NCBI GenBank assembly: GCA_017882945.1
Contig: JADGON010000057.1
Location: forward strand, 1 to 38,617
Direction: 5' to 3'
DNA from: Acidimicrobiia bacterium
Lineage (GTDB): Bacteria; Actinomycetota; Acidimicrobiia; IMCC26256; JAENVU01
DNA: 38,617 nt
The notes beneath the pieces were generated by a model. That model was given only the letters and a program-made list of their open reading frames with translations, was not told the origin of the DNA and did not search any database. Made by a program: the position numbers and the translations under genes. This document shows, piece after piece, positions 25,384-33,568 of this stretch (position 1 is the first letter of the stretch; each line of letters starts with the position of its first letter).

Positions 25384-26757
25384 TCAGGCCCGCTGGGGCA
25401 GGAGAATTCGCACCACAGCGCCCCCCTGCGGGGCGTTCTTCGCCTCGACCTTCCCGCCGGATGCAGCCACGATGCCGCTGACGATTGCCAGCCCGAGCCC
25501 GGTCCCGCTCCAGGCGCTGGGAGCATCCGCACGCGCGAACCGCTCGAATGCCCGCGCGCCGTCGAGCTCGGGCGGGAAGCCGGGCCCGTCGTCATGGACC
25601 TCCAACCAGGCACCCTCCCCCATGCCCTCGCCGACGTGGATCTCGACCCGTGTCTCGGCGTACCGGCATGCGTTGTCGAGGATGTTGGTGACGGCACGCT
25701 CGAGCGCCGCGGCATCACCGCGGACGATCGCGTTCCCGGAAGCAGCGATGTCGATCGACTGGCCACGACCGGCTCGACGCAGCGACGCGACGGCCGCAAT
25801 CGCGACGTCGCCGAGATCGACTTCCGGTCGCGTGGCGGCCTCACTCGTGCGCGTCCGGGCCAGGACCAGGAGGTCGTCGGTGAGCTGCTGGAGCCTCAGC
25901 ACCTCTTCCATGACCGAGTCGAGCGCCAACGCCTGATCGCTCCCGTCCACGACCCCCATCCGCGCCAGCTCGACTTCTCCCCGCAGGATCGCGAGCGGCG
26001 TCCGCAGCTCGTGGCTCGCGTCGTCGAGGAAGCCGCGCTCGTGCGCGACGGCGGCCTCGATGCGCGCCAACATCTCGTTGAGCCGTTCCGCGAGCTCCGC
26101 TATCTCCGTGCCACCGGAGGCCGGCACCGTCAACCGTCGACCAGGCTCGCGCACCGAGAGGTCTTCGGCTTCCTCGATCATCGAGCGAACCGGCGAGAGC
26201 GCGGCGCCCGCGAGGAACCAGCCTCCGAGCGACACCAGGCCGGCGAACAGCGGAAGACCCACGAGGAGTGCGATCACGAGACGCTGGAACGCACGCTCGC
26301 TCTCGACCAAGCGCGTGCCGACCGCGAGCACCACGGCCCGTCCACCGATGCGAGCCGGCCCCACGAGCAGGCGGGCGCGTTCGTGGTTCGGGCCCACGGT
26401 GCGCACCAGCGTCGCCGTCCCGCGCTGCCCGGCGCTGATCTCGGCGGTCGAGAGCACCTTCCTGTCCGCCAGGGCTCGCGGGGATGCTGCGAGCACGCTG
26501 CCGTCGTCGCCCAGCACTTGGGCGAAGCCCTCACCCCGCGGCAGCGTGGCCGTGACGTCGGCCACCTCGTCGCGCCTGGGGACGGCCGCGAGCGTGCGCT
26601 GCACCGCGAGGAAGCGGTCGTTCAACCCCTCGTCGATGATGTCGGTCTGCTCGGCGCGGAATTGCACGAGCACCACGGCACCGAACAGCCCGGCCAGCAC
26701 CACCGTGCTGATCCCGAACAGGAGGGTGAGGCGGCCCTGGAGTGTGCGCGGCCTCAG
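25384..26757 (-). CDS. Sensor histidine kinase (two TM segments, HAMP, HisKA, HATPase_c)
   Basis: H-box FLDDASHELRTPLAIL, N-box NILDNACRY and G-boxes HDDGPGF / GTGLGLAIV. There is no ATG or GTG before TM1, so the only in-frame start-like codon is CTG 26757, which overlaps the regulator stop (CTGA). The start is uncertain. Confidence 0.8.
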   Translation of the reverse strand: MRPRTLQGRLTLLFGISTVVLAGLFGAVVLVQFRAEQTDIIDEGLNDRFLAVQRTLAAVPRRDEVADVTATLPRGEGFAQVLGDDGSVLAASPRALADRKVLSTAEISAGQRGTATLVRTVGPNHERARLLVGPARIGGRAVVLAVGTRLVESERAFQRLVIALLVGLPLFAGLVSLGGWFLAGAALSPVRSMIEEAEDLSVREPGRRLTVPASGGTEIAELAERLNEMLARIEAAVAHERGFLDDASHELRTPLAILRGEVELARMGVVDGSDQALALDSVMEEVLRLQQLTDDLLVLARTRTSEAATRPEVDLGDVAIAAVASLRRAGRGQSIDIAASGNAIVRGDAAALERAVTNILDNACRYAETRVEIHVGEGMGEGAWLEVHDDGPGFPPELDGARAFERFARADAPSAWSGTGLGLAIVSGIVAASGGKVEAKNAPQGGAVVRILLPQRA

Positions 26758-27428
26758 GTTCCGCTCCGGAGCCGGTAGCCGACGCCGCGCACCGTCTCGA
26801 TCGATTCGCGACCGAAGGGCCGGTCGATCTTCTCGCGCAGGTAGCGCACGTAGACGTCGACGACGTTCGACGTGCCGTCGTACGCGAAGTCCCAGACGCT
26901 CTCGATGATCGCAGTGCGCGTCAGCACCTCGTCGGGGTGCCGCATGAGGAGCTCGAGCAACGCGAACTCCTTTGCGCTCAGATCGATGGTCGTGTCGCTG
27001 CGAGTAACCGTATGCGCGGCGGGATCGAGGCGAAGGTCGCCGAGCTCGAGCACCGCGGGCCGCGCGGTTGCACTTCGTCGCGTCAGCGCCCGCAACCGCG
27101 CGTAGAGCTCTTCGAAGCTGAACGGCTTCGGGAGGTAGTCGTCGGCGCCGGCGTCCAGCCCCGTCACCCGATCCGTGACCGCGTCCCTCGCCGTGAGCAA
27201 GAGGATCGGTGCCCAACGTTCGGCGGCGCGCAACCTTCGGCAGACCTCGAAGCCATCGGGCGGCGGGATCATCACATCGAGGATGATCGCGTCGTACGGA
27301 TTCTCGGTCCCGAGCCAGACCGCGTCTTCGCCGTTGTCGGTGACGTCGACCGCGTACCCATCGCGTTCGAGTGCCTTCCGGACGAGTGCAGCCATCTTGG
27401 GCTCGTCCTCGACCAGGAGGATGCGCAC
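26754..27428 (-). CDS. OmpR/PhoB-family response regulator
   Basis: ORF 26754..27764 trimmed to GTG 27428. The sequence is VRILLVEDEPKMAALV...AIILDVMIPPPDGFEV...LLLTARD, followed by the winged-helix region LSAKEFALLELLMRHP...VDVYVRYLREKID...VRGVGYRL. Confidence 0.9.
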   Translation of the reverse strand: MRILLVEDEPKMAALVRKALERDGYAVDVTDNGEDAVWLGTENPYDAIILDVMIPPPDGFEVCRRLRAAERWAPILLLTARDAVTDRVTGLDAGADDYLPKPFSFEELYARLRALTRRSATARPAVLELGDLRLDPAAHTVTRSDTTIDLSAKEFALLELLMRHPDEVLTRTAIIESVWDFAYDGTSNVVDVYVRYLREKIDRPFGRESIETVRGVGYRLRSGT

Positions 27429-27438
27429 CTCAGGGATG

Positions 27439-28290
27439 CTAGGTGCCGTATTCCGCGGCTGCGGCCCGGTCGGACCGATTCCAGTGCCGCTCGACCAGCA
27501 GGCCGGCACCGAGCGCGAGCAGATGCTGGACTTCGGCGGTCTCGTGGACGATCCCGGGACTGCGGACGAGCCCGACGAGGAAGTAGCCGGCCACACCGGC
27601 CACCACGACGATGCCGGCCAACCGGGAACGCGCCAGCACCACCCCGGCCAGCCCACCGACCACCGCGGCGAGCCCGGCCGACGCGCCGACGTCCAGCGCC
27701 CGGTAGAGGGGTTCGAGGGTGGCCGAGCCGGCCACGTGCCCGCCGATGGCGATGACGGCGACACTCACGGTGGCGACGATGTGCCCCGTGAAGAACACGA
27801 CGAGCGCGCGGACCGGGCCCCGCATCAGCGCGTACGGCAACAGGAAGGCGAGCGTGTAGATCGTCGTGGGCCCGATCATCCGGACGTTCGGGAGCAACAG
27901 CGCGGAGAGCGGGATGGTCCACACGGCGCCGTGCACGAGCCGCTCCGGCGAGTACCCGGCGAGCGTGTGCGCGACATCGTGGGTCGCGCCGTCCGCGTTG
28001 AACAGGCTGAGCGCAACCGGGATCGTGAGGAACGCCGCGACGCCGAGAAACCGCACCAGCTCGGAGCCCGGCGGCCCCGGATTCACGACGCGCCCGCGGG
28101 CCGGAGGTCGGGACGGGGGCAGGGGCAGGAGAGGCCCCGACACCCCGGTACCCACGGGCGTCGCCGCGATCTTCGGGTGGATCCTCGAGCGGATCCTCCC
28201 GGCGAGCTTGGTGGAGCCAGAGTTCGTAGCCGCGAGCCCGGAACTACTCGAGCGAACCGAATCGGCCATGGCCACGCCCCAGTAGGCCAC
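27439..28290 (-). CDS. Integral membrane protein of unknown function (possible degenerate rhomboid-like fold)
   Basis: It has about 6 hydrophobic spans after a Ser/Pro/Arg-rich N-terminus and contains GASAG and HLLALGAG motifs. The start is GTG 28290 or ATG 28269. The stop lies 10 nt before the response regulator start. Confidence 0.6.
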   Translation of the reverse strand: MAYWGVAMADSVRSSSSGLAATNSGSTKLAGRIRSRIHPKIAATPVGTGVSGPLLPLPPSRPPARGRVVNPGPPGSELVRFLGVAAFLTIPVALSLFNADGATHDVAHTLAGYSPERLVHGAVWTIPLSALLLPNVRMIGPTTIYTLAFLLPYALMRGPVRALVVFFTGHIVATVSVAVIAIGGHVAGSATLEPLYRALDVGASAGLAAVVGGLAGVVLARSRLAGIVVVAGVAGYFLVGLVRSPGIVHETAEVQHLLALGAGLLVERHWNRSDRAAAAEYGT

Positions 28291-28325
28291 GCCGTTCGTG
28301 AGAAGACGATGAACCGAGCGTGCGC

Positions 28326-29114
28326 CTACCGCTGGTGCACCGGACAGGAGTAGGTGGTCCGGCCGCCGACCGTCCGGCGCAGCAGCTCGGCACCGTCGCG
28401 CGGACAGTGGCCTCCCGGCTCGCGTGCCGGCATGTGGTCACCGGTGTGCGAACCACCGCGACGTTGCAGGGTGCGCAACGTCGTCGAGATCGCGCGGGCC
28501 AGGGCCCGGACCTCCGTGTCGCTGAGGGTGTTGGCCGGACGGACAGGGTCGATGCCGGCGCGAAACAGCACCTCGTCGGTGAGCAGGTTCCCGAGCCCGG
28601 CGATGCGGGCCTGGTCCATGAGCATCGCCTTGATCGGTGCCCGGCTCGCGGCCACGTGTGCCCGCAGGACGGGGAGCCGGAGCGCGAAGGCGTCCACCCC
28701 GAGCCGTTCTTCGTCCGGATCGAGCTCGGCCGCCCCCAGGCGCCGGGGATCGCGCAGGGACAGGGCGCCACCGTCCACGAACGTCACGCCGAATCGCAGC
28801 CACGCGGGGTTGTCGCCGTTGGCCGCGTAGAGCAGGGGGTCGCCGGCCGCCTCGCCGTCGATGATCACGCGTCCACTCATCCCCAGGTGGAGGGCGAGGG
28901 TGGGGCCGTCGCCGTCCGTGTCGAGGAGGAGGAGCTTGCCGCGCCGGCGCGCCTCGGTGAATCGACGACCCGGGAGTGCGGCCGCCGCGCCTTCGGGCGT
29001 GAGGCCTCGCTTCAGGAACCAGGCATCCGGCGCGTGCACGCCCGCGATCTCCCGCCCGAGAGCGCGCGCCTCGATCAGCTCACGCGCCTTCTCCGCCTCC
29101 AAGATCTCCGGCAA
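28326..29114 (-). CDS. Fpg/Nei-family DNA glycosylase / AP lyase
   Basis: ORF 28326..29141 re-started at TTG 29114 (GGGGGAGA 4 nt upstream). This gives the obligatory N-terminus M-P-E (MPEILEAEKA...) with catalytic Pro2/Glu3. The H2TH region reads IKAMLMDQARIAGLGNLLTDEVLFRAGI, and the C-terminal finger reads HCPRDG...SCPVHQ. Confidence 0.8.
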   Translation of the reverse strand: MPEILEAEKARELIEARALGREIAGVHAPDAWFLKRGLTPEGAAAALPGRRFTEARRRGKLLLLDTDGDGPTLALHLGMSGRVIIDGEAAGDPLLYAANGDNPAWLRFGVTFVDGGALSLRDPRRLGAAELDPDEERLGVDAFALRLPVLRAHVAASRAPIKAMLMDQARIAGLGNLLTDEVLFRAGIDPVRPANTLSDTEVRALARAISTTLRTLQRRGGSHTGDHMPAREPGGHCPRDGAELLRRTVGGRTTYSCPVHQR

Positions 29115-29187
29115 CCGTCTCCCCCAGTTCGTGCTCGGCACGTTCGAGCCGAGCCTGCGGCTTCGCGCTCCGAGACCAGCCGGGTCG

Positions 29188-30867
29188 TCAGAAGTTGGTA
29201 ATGGCGCCCTTCTCGGCCCCTTGCGCGAGGGCGGCGTACTTGGCGAGGAAGCCCGTCGGGTATCGGGGCTCGGGCAGCTTCCACTCCTTGCGGCGGCGCT
29301 CGAGCTCGGCCTCGTCGACGAGCAGGTCGATGGTGTGCGCGTCGGCGTCGATCACGATCCGATCGCCGTCGGCAACGAACGCGATCGGGCCACCGTCGAC
29401 AGCCTCGGGTGCGACGTGCCCGACGCAGTATCCGTGCGTTCCGCCGCTGAAGCGCCCATCCGTGATGAGCGCCGCGTCCTTGCCGCGACCGGCCCCCTTC
29501 ATCGCACCCGTCACCGCGAGCATCTCGCGCATGCCGGGGCCGCCCTTGGGTCCTTCGTAGCGGATCACCACGACATCGCCGGCCTTGATCTTGCCCGCGA
29601 GGATCTCGTCCATCGCGGCGGCTTCCCCGTCGAACACCCGAGCGGTGCCGTCGAACCGGGGCTCGTCGATGCCCGCCACCTTCACGACACCACCGTTCGG
29701 CGCGAGTGTCCCGCGCAAGACCGCGATGCCGCCCTGGACGTGGATCGGCGCGCTGAGTGGGTGCACGATCTCGCCGTCGGGCTTCGGAGGGTCGAGCACC
29801 TCGAGGTTCTCCGCCATCGTCTTGCCGGTGACCGTCAGCACGTCGCCGTGGAGCAGCCCGGCGTCGAGCAGCTCGCGCATGACGACGGGCACGCCGCCAA
29901 TGCTGTCGATGTCCACCATGTGGTACTTGCCGTGCGGCTTCGTGTCCGCGATGTGAGGGACACGCGCGCCGATCTTGTTGAAGTCGTCGAGCTCGAGCTC
30001 CACGCGTGCCTCGTGCGCGATTGCGAGGAGATGGAGCACCGCGTTCGTCGAACCTCCGAGCGCCATGACGACGGCGATCGCGTTCTCGAACGCCTTCTTC
30101 GTCATGATCTGACGAGGCCGAAGTCCCATCTCGACGAGCTGGAGCACCGCTTTGCCGCTCTCGTACGCGAAGTCGTCACGCCGGCGGTCCACCGCGGCCG
30201 GTGACGCACTCCCCGGGAGCGACATCCCGAGCGCCTCACCCACCGAGGCCATCGTGTTCGCAGTGAACATTCCCGCACACGAACCTTCGGTCGGGCACGC
30301 CCGCATCTCGATCTCGCCCAGCTCGTTCTCGGTCAAGGTCCCGGCCGCGCACGCACCGACTGCCTCGAAGACGCTGACAATGTCCAGCGCTTGATCCTTG
30401 TACCGACCCGGGAGAATCGATCCGCCGTAGAGGAAGACGGACGGCAGGTTGAGTCGCGCCGACGCCATGAGCATCCCGGGCAGGCTCTTGTCGCAGCCCG
30501 CGAAGCTCACGAGAGCGTCGAACCGCTCGGCGTGCATCACACACTCCACCGAGTCGGCGATGATCTCGCGACTCACGAGCGACGCCCGCATCCCTTCGTG
30601 GCCCATCGAGATGCCGTCGCTGACCGCGATCGTGACGAACTCGAAGGGAAACCCGCCGGCGTCGCGAACCCCGTCCTTGGCACGCTTGGCGAGCCGGTCG
30701 AGCGGGACGTTGCAGGGGGTGACCTCGTTCCAGCTGGACGCGACTCCGACCTGGGTCTTGCCCCAGTCATGGTCCGTCATCCCAACCGCCCGGAGCATGG
30801 CGCGAGCCGGGGCTCGCTCCATGCCGTCGGTCACCTCATGGCTCCGCGGCTTCATGTCTTCGGTCAT
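29188..30867 (-). CDS. ilvD: Dihydroxy-acid dehydratase
   Basis: [13 protein letters not shown]...[12 protein letters not shown]...[17 protein letters not shown]...[14 protein letters not shown]...[16 protein letters not shown]. An alternative start is ATG 30855 (MKPRS...). Confidence 0.95.
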   Translation of the reverse strand: MTEDMKPRSHEVTDGMERAPARAMLRAVGMTDHDWGKTQVGVASSWNEVTPCNVPLDRLAKRAKDGVRDAGGFPFEFVTIAVSDGISMGHEGMRASLVSREIIADSVECVMHAERFDALVSFAGCDKSLPGMLMASARLNLPSVFLYGGSILPGRYKDQALDIVSVFEAVGACAAGTLTENELGEIEMRACPTEGSCAGMFTANTMASVGEALGMSLPGSASPAAVDRRRDDFAYESGKAVLQLVEMGLRPRQIMTKKAFENAIAVVMALGGSTNAVLHLLAIAHEARVELELDDFNKIGARVPHIADTKPHGKYHMVDIDSIGGVPVVMRELLDAGLLHGDVLTVTGKTMAENLEVLDPPKPDGEIVHPLSAPIHVQGGIAVLRGTLAPNGGVVKVAGIDEPRFDGTARVFDGEAAAMDEILAGKIKAGDVVVIRYEGPKGGPGMREMLAVTGAMKGAGRGKDAALITDGRFSGGTHGYCVGHVAPEAVDGGPIAFVADGDRIVIDADAHTIDLLVDEAELERRRKEWKLPEPRYPTGFLAKYAALAQGAEKGAITNF

Positions 30868-30969
30868 GAGCGCGAGGTTACGCCCCGCCCCGACGCGGTT
30901 CCGTGCCGATTCCGGCGCCGGCCGCTCGCGCTACCTTCGGGGCATGGCACCAGTGGGATCCGCGTCCTC

Positions 30970-31983
30970 ATGAAGGTCGACGCGCCCCTCGTCACCGCAG
31001 CCCTGTCCGAGGTACCTCGTATCGCCCGCGAGATCGAGCGCCTGGGCTACGACGGCGTCTACACGTTCGAGGGCCCGCACGATCCGTTCTTCCCGCTCGC
31101 GCTCGCGGCCGAGCACTCCGAGCGGCTCGAGCTCGCCACCGCGATCGCGGTTGCGTTCGCGCGCAGCCCGATGAACCTCGCGCACATCGGGTGGGACCTG
31201 CAGACGTTCTCCAAGGGCCGGGCGATCCTGGGGCTCGGATCCCAGATCAAGCCTCACATCGAGAAGCGCTTCTCCATGCCGTGGTCGCGCCCTGCCGCGC
31301 GGATGCGCGAGATGGTGCTGGCCATTCGGGCGATCTGGGCCACCTGGCGGGACGGGACGCCGTTGCGCTTCGAGGGCGAGATCTACCGGCACACGCTCAT
31401 GACCCCGTTCTTCACCCCGGAGCCGACCGAGTACCCCGCCGCCCGGATCTTCCTCGCGGGCGTCGGCGAGGGCATGACCGAGGTGGCAGGCGAGGTCGCG
31501 GACGGCTTCCTCGTCCATCCGTTCAGCACGCCGGAGTTCCTGCGCGAGCACACGCTGCCCGCGCTCGATCGCGGGCTGGCAACGTCCGGGCGGACGCGCG
31601 ATGCGATCGAGATCTCGTGGCCGGTCCTCGTCGTAACGGGCGAGACCGAGGAGGGCATGACCGCGGCTGCGGCTGTCACGCGCGCGCAGCTCGCGTTCTA
31701 CGGCTCGACCCCCGCGTACAAGGTCGTGCTCGACGCACACGGCTGGGGGGAGCTCCAGCCGGAGCTGAACCGACTCTCCAAGGAAGGCCGCTGGGACGTC
31801 ATGGCGTCATTGATCGACGACGAGATGCTCACGACCTTCGCGGTGGTGGCTCCGCCCGGCGAGATCGCTTCGCTGATGCTGGCGCGCTACGGCGATCTCG
31901 TCGATCGGATCGCGTTCAACGCGCCGTACCGCTCCGACCCCGGCGCGTGGGCCGAGGCGCTCGCCGGGTTCAGAGTGCCGTGA
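30970..31983 (+). CDS. LLM-class F420-dependent oxidoreductase (second, different subfamily)
   Basis: ORF 30391..31983 trimmed to ATG 30970. The sequence is MKVDAPL...LGYDGVYTFEGPHDPFFPLALAA...LGLGSQIKPHIEKRFSMPW..., a luciferase-like TIM-barrel pattern. Confidence 0.8.
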   Translation: MKVDAPLVTAALSEVPRIAREIERLGYDGVYTFEGPHDPFFPLALAAEHSERLELATAIAVAFARSPMNLAHIGWDLQTFSKGRAILGLGSQIKPHIEKRFSMPWSRPAARMREMVLAIRAIWATWRDGTPLRFEGEIYRHTLMTPFFTPEPTEYPAARIFLAGVGEGMTEVAGEVADGFLVHPFSTPEFLREHTLPALDRGLATSGRTRDAIEISWPVLVVTGETEEGMTAAAAVTRAQLAFYGSTPAYKVVLDAHGWGELQPELNRLSKEGRWDVMASLIDDEMLTTFAVVAPPGEIASLMLARYGDLVDRIAFNAPYRSDPGAWAEALAGFRVP

Positions 31984-32840
31984 GCCCGCTACGGATCGGA
32001 ACCGCCGAGGGACTGATCGAGCCGCCCGCCGGCGTGACGGTCGCCGGACCCACGCGCGTGTTCGCGGACGCCGCACTCTGTGCCGACGGTCGCTTGCTCT
32101 GGTTCCGCGACGGCGCCTGGGTCGAGTTGGCCAGCGGCCCGGACATGCTCTGTGCGGTCGACGCACCCGGCGGGCTGCTCATCGGGACCGAGGGCGCGCA
32201 CTTGGCCCGCGTCGGCACGACGGGACTCGAGCGGGTCGTGAGCTTCGAAGCAGTCGCGGGGCGGGACGAGTGGTACACGCCCTGGGGTGGAGCGCCCGAG
32301 ACCCGTTCCCTCGCGCGCACGGACGACAACGTGCTGCTGGCGAGCGTGCATGTCGGTGGCATCCCCCGATCTGATGACGGCGGGCGCACCTGGCATCCGA
32401 CCATCGACATCGAAACCGACGTGCACCAGGTGCACGCCGTCCCCGGTCGGCCCGACGTCGTGGTTGCCGCCGCGGCCGTGGGCTTCTGCCGCTCGGACGA
32501 CGGCGGCACCACCTGGCGCGTGATCGCGGAGGGTCTGCACGCCACCTACTGCCGCGCGGTCGCGATCGCCGGTGACGCGGTCCTCGTGAGCGCCTCAGAA
32601 GGTCCGCGCGGACGGAAGAGCGCGCTCTACCGCCGTGGGCTTGATTCCAACGAGCCGTTCGAGCGGGTCACCGACTGGATCGAAGGGAATGTGGACACGT
32701 ACGCGCTCGATGCGGCTGACGACCACGTCGTCTTCGGGACGCGCGCCGGCGTCGTGTGGGAGTCGATCGACGCGGGCGCCACCTGGGCGGTCCTGCGCGA
32801 CGACCTCGCCCCCATCACCTCCGTCAGCCTCGCTCCCTAG
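31980..32840 (+). CDS. BNR/Asp-box repeat beta-propeller protein
   Basis: ORF 30903..32840 trimmed to GTG 31980, overlapping the LLM stop as GTGA. It has three Asp-boxes: SDDGGRTW, SDDGGTTW and SIDAGATW. Confidence 0.7.
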   Translation: MSPLRIGTAEGLIEPPAGVTVAGPTRVFADAALCADGRLLWFRDGAWVELASGPDMLCAVDAPGGLLIGTEGAHLARVGTTGLERVVSFEAVAGRDEWYTPWGGAPETRSLARTDDNVLLASVHVGGIPRSDDGGRTWHPTIDIETDVHQVHAVPGRPDVVVAAAAVGFCRSDDGGTTWRVIAEGLHATYCRAVAIAGDAVLVSASEGPRGRKSALYRRGLDSNEPFERVTDWIEGNVDTYALDAADDHVVFGTRAGVVWESIDAGATWAVLRDDLAPITSVSLAP

Positions 32841-33568
32841 GCCGCGTCGACGGCCTTGAAGGCTTCGGCGAGGCGGCCGTCGGGCAAGCCGACCCGGGCG
32901 CCGATCATCGCCCCCCACTCCCGCATGCGCTGATCCAGCCCGGCGGGATCCGGGATCTGGCTGACATGGCAGGCCAGAGCGGCGATCTTCTTGTCGATCG
33001 TGTCCGTGGTCTCGACATAGGTGTCCACGGTCGGGTGGGCCATGAGCCACAGCTCGGGCACCGTCCAAGGCTCCAAGCCGTCCGCCAACAGCTCAGGATG
33101 GGCGAACGGGTTGCGTGCATCGGGGTACACCGCACACACCGTGGCCTCACCCGCGGCGAGGTGGTCGGGGTGGCTCGCGTAGACGCGCTCCCACATCCGT
33201 TCGGGCGATTGGCACACGACCCGTTGCGGACGCGCCGAGCGAATGACGCGCGAGATGTCCCGCCGCAGCTCGATCGTCGGCTGCAAGCGGCCGTCCGGGT
33301 ACGCGAGAAAGTGAAGATCGGTGACACCGACGGTCGCCGCAGCCGCGGTCTGCTCGACGCGGCGGATCCGCGCCATCTCGTCCCGCGGCAGGTCCAGGTC
33401 GGAGCCTCCCGCGTCTCCGTCGGTGACGATGCAGTAGGTGACGTCGATCCCGGCCGCGGTCCACGCGGCGATCGAACCGGCCACGCCAAAGTCGACGTCA
33501 TCGGGATGGGCACTGACGATGAGGACGCGCTCCACACCCTCGTTCGTCGCCTCATGAGCCTCGGCCAT
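32837..33568 (-). CDS. PIG-L/LmbE-family N-acetylglucosaminyl deacetylase
   Basis: RVLIVSAHPDDVDFGVAGSIA...VTDGDAGG...HPDH motifs. The ATG overlaps the gatB stop (TGATG). Confidence 0.85.
   Translation of the reverse strand: MAEAHEATNEGVERVLIVSAHPDDVDFGVAGSIAAWTAAGIDVTYCIVTDGDAGGSDLDLPRDEMARIRRVEQTAAAATVGVTDLHFLAYPDGRLQPTIELRRDISRVIRSARPQRVVCQSPERMWERVYASHPDHLAAGEATVCAVYPDARNPFAHPELLADGLEPWTVPELWLMAHPTVDTYVETTDTIDKKIAALACHVSQIPDPAGLDQRMREWGAMIGARVGLPDGRLAEAFKAVDAA

Noticed and set aside
23872-26778. 968-aa plus-strand ORF, the longest in the track. Similar long ORFs occur at 1136..2749, 4097..6253, 6272..7594, 7903..9138, 9694..11625, 14259..15920, 20082..21110, 21951..23504, 28861..30204 and 35854..37719.
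   Set aside because: All lie antisense or out of frame to genes with clear family signatures (MprF/HK, DAGK, desaturase, mtaD, MFS, amidase, ilvC, ilvB, ilvD, gatA). Their products are Arg/Gly/Pro/Asp-rich with no recognisable motifs. They are classic shadow ORFs caused by stop-codon depletion in high-GC DNA.
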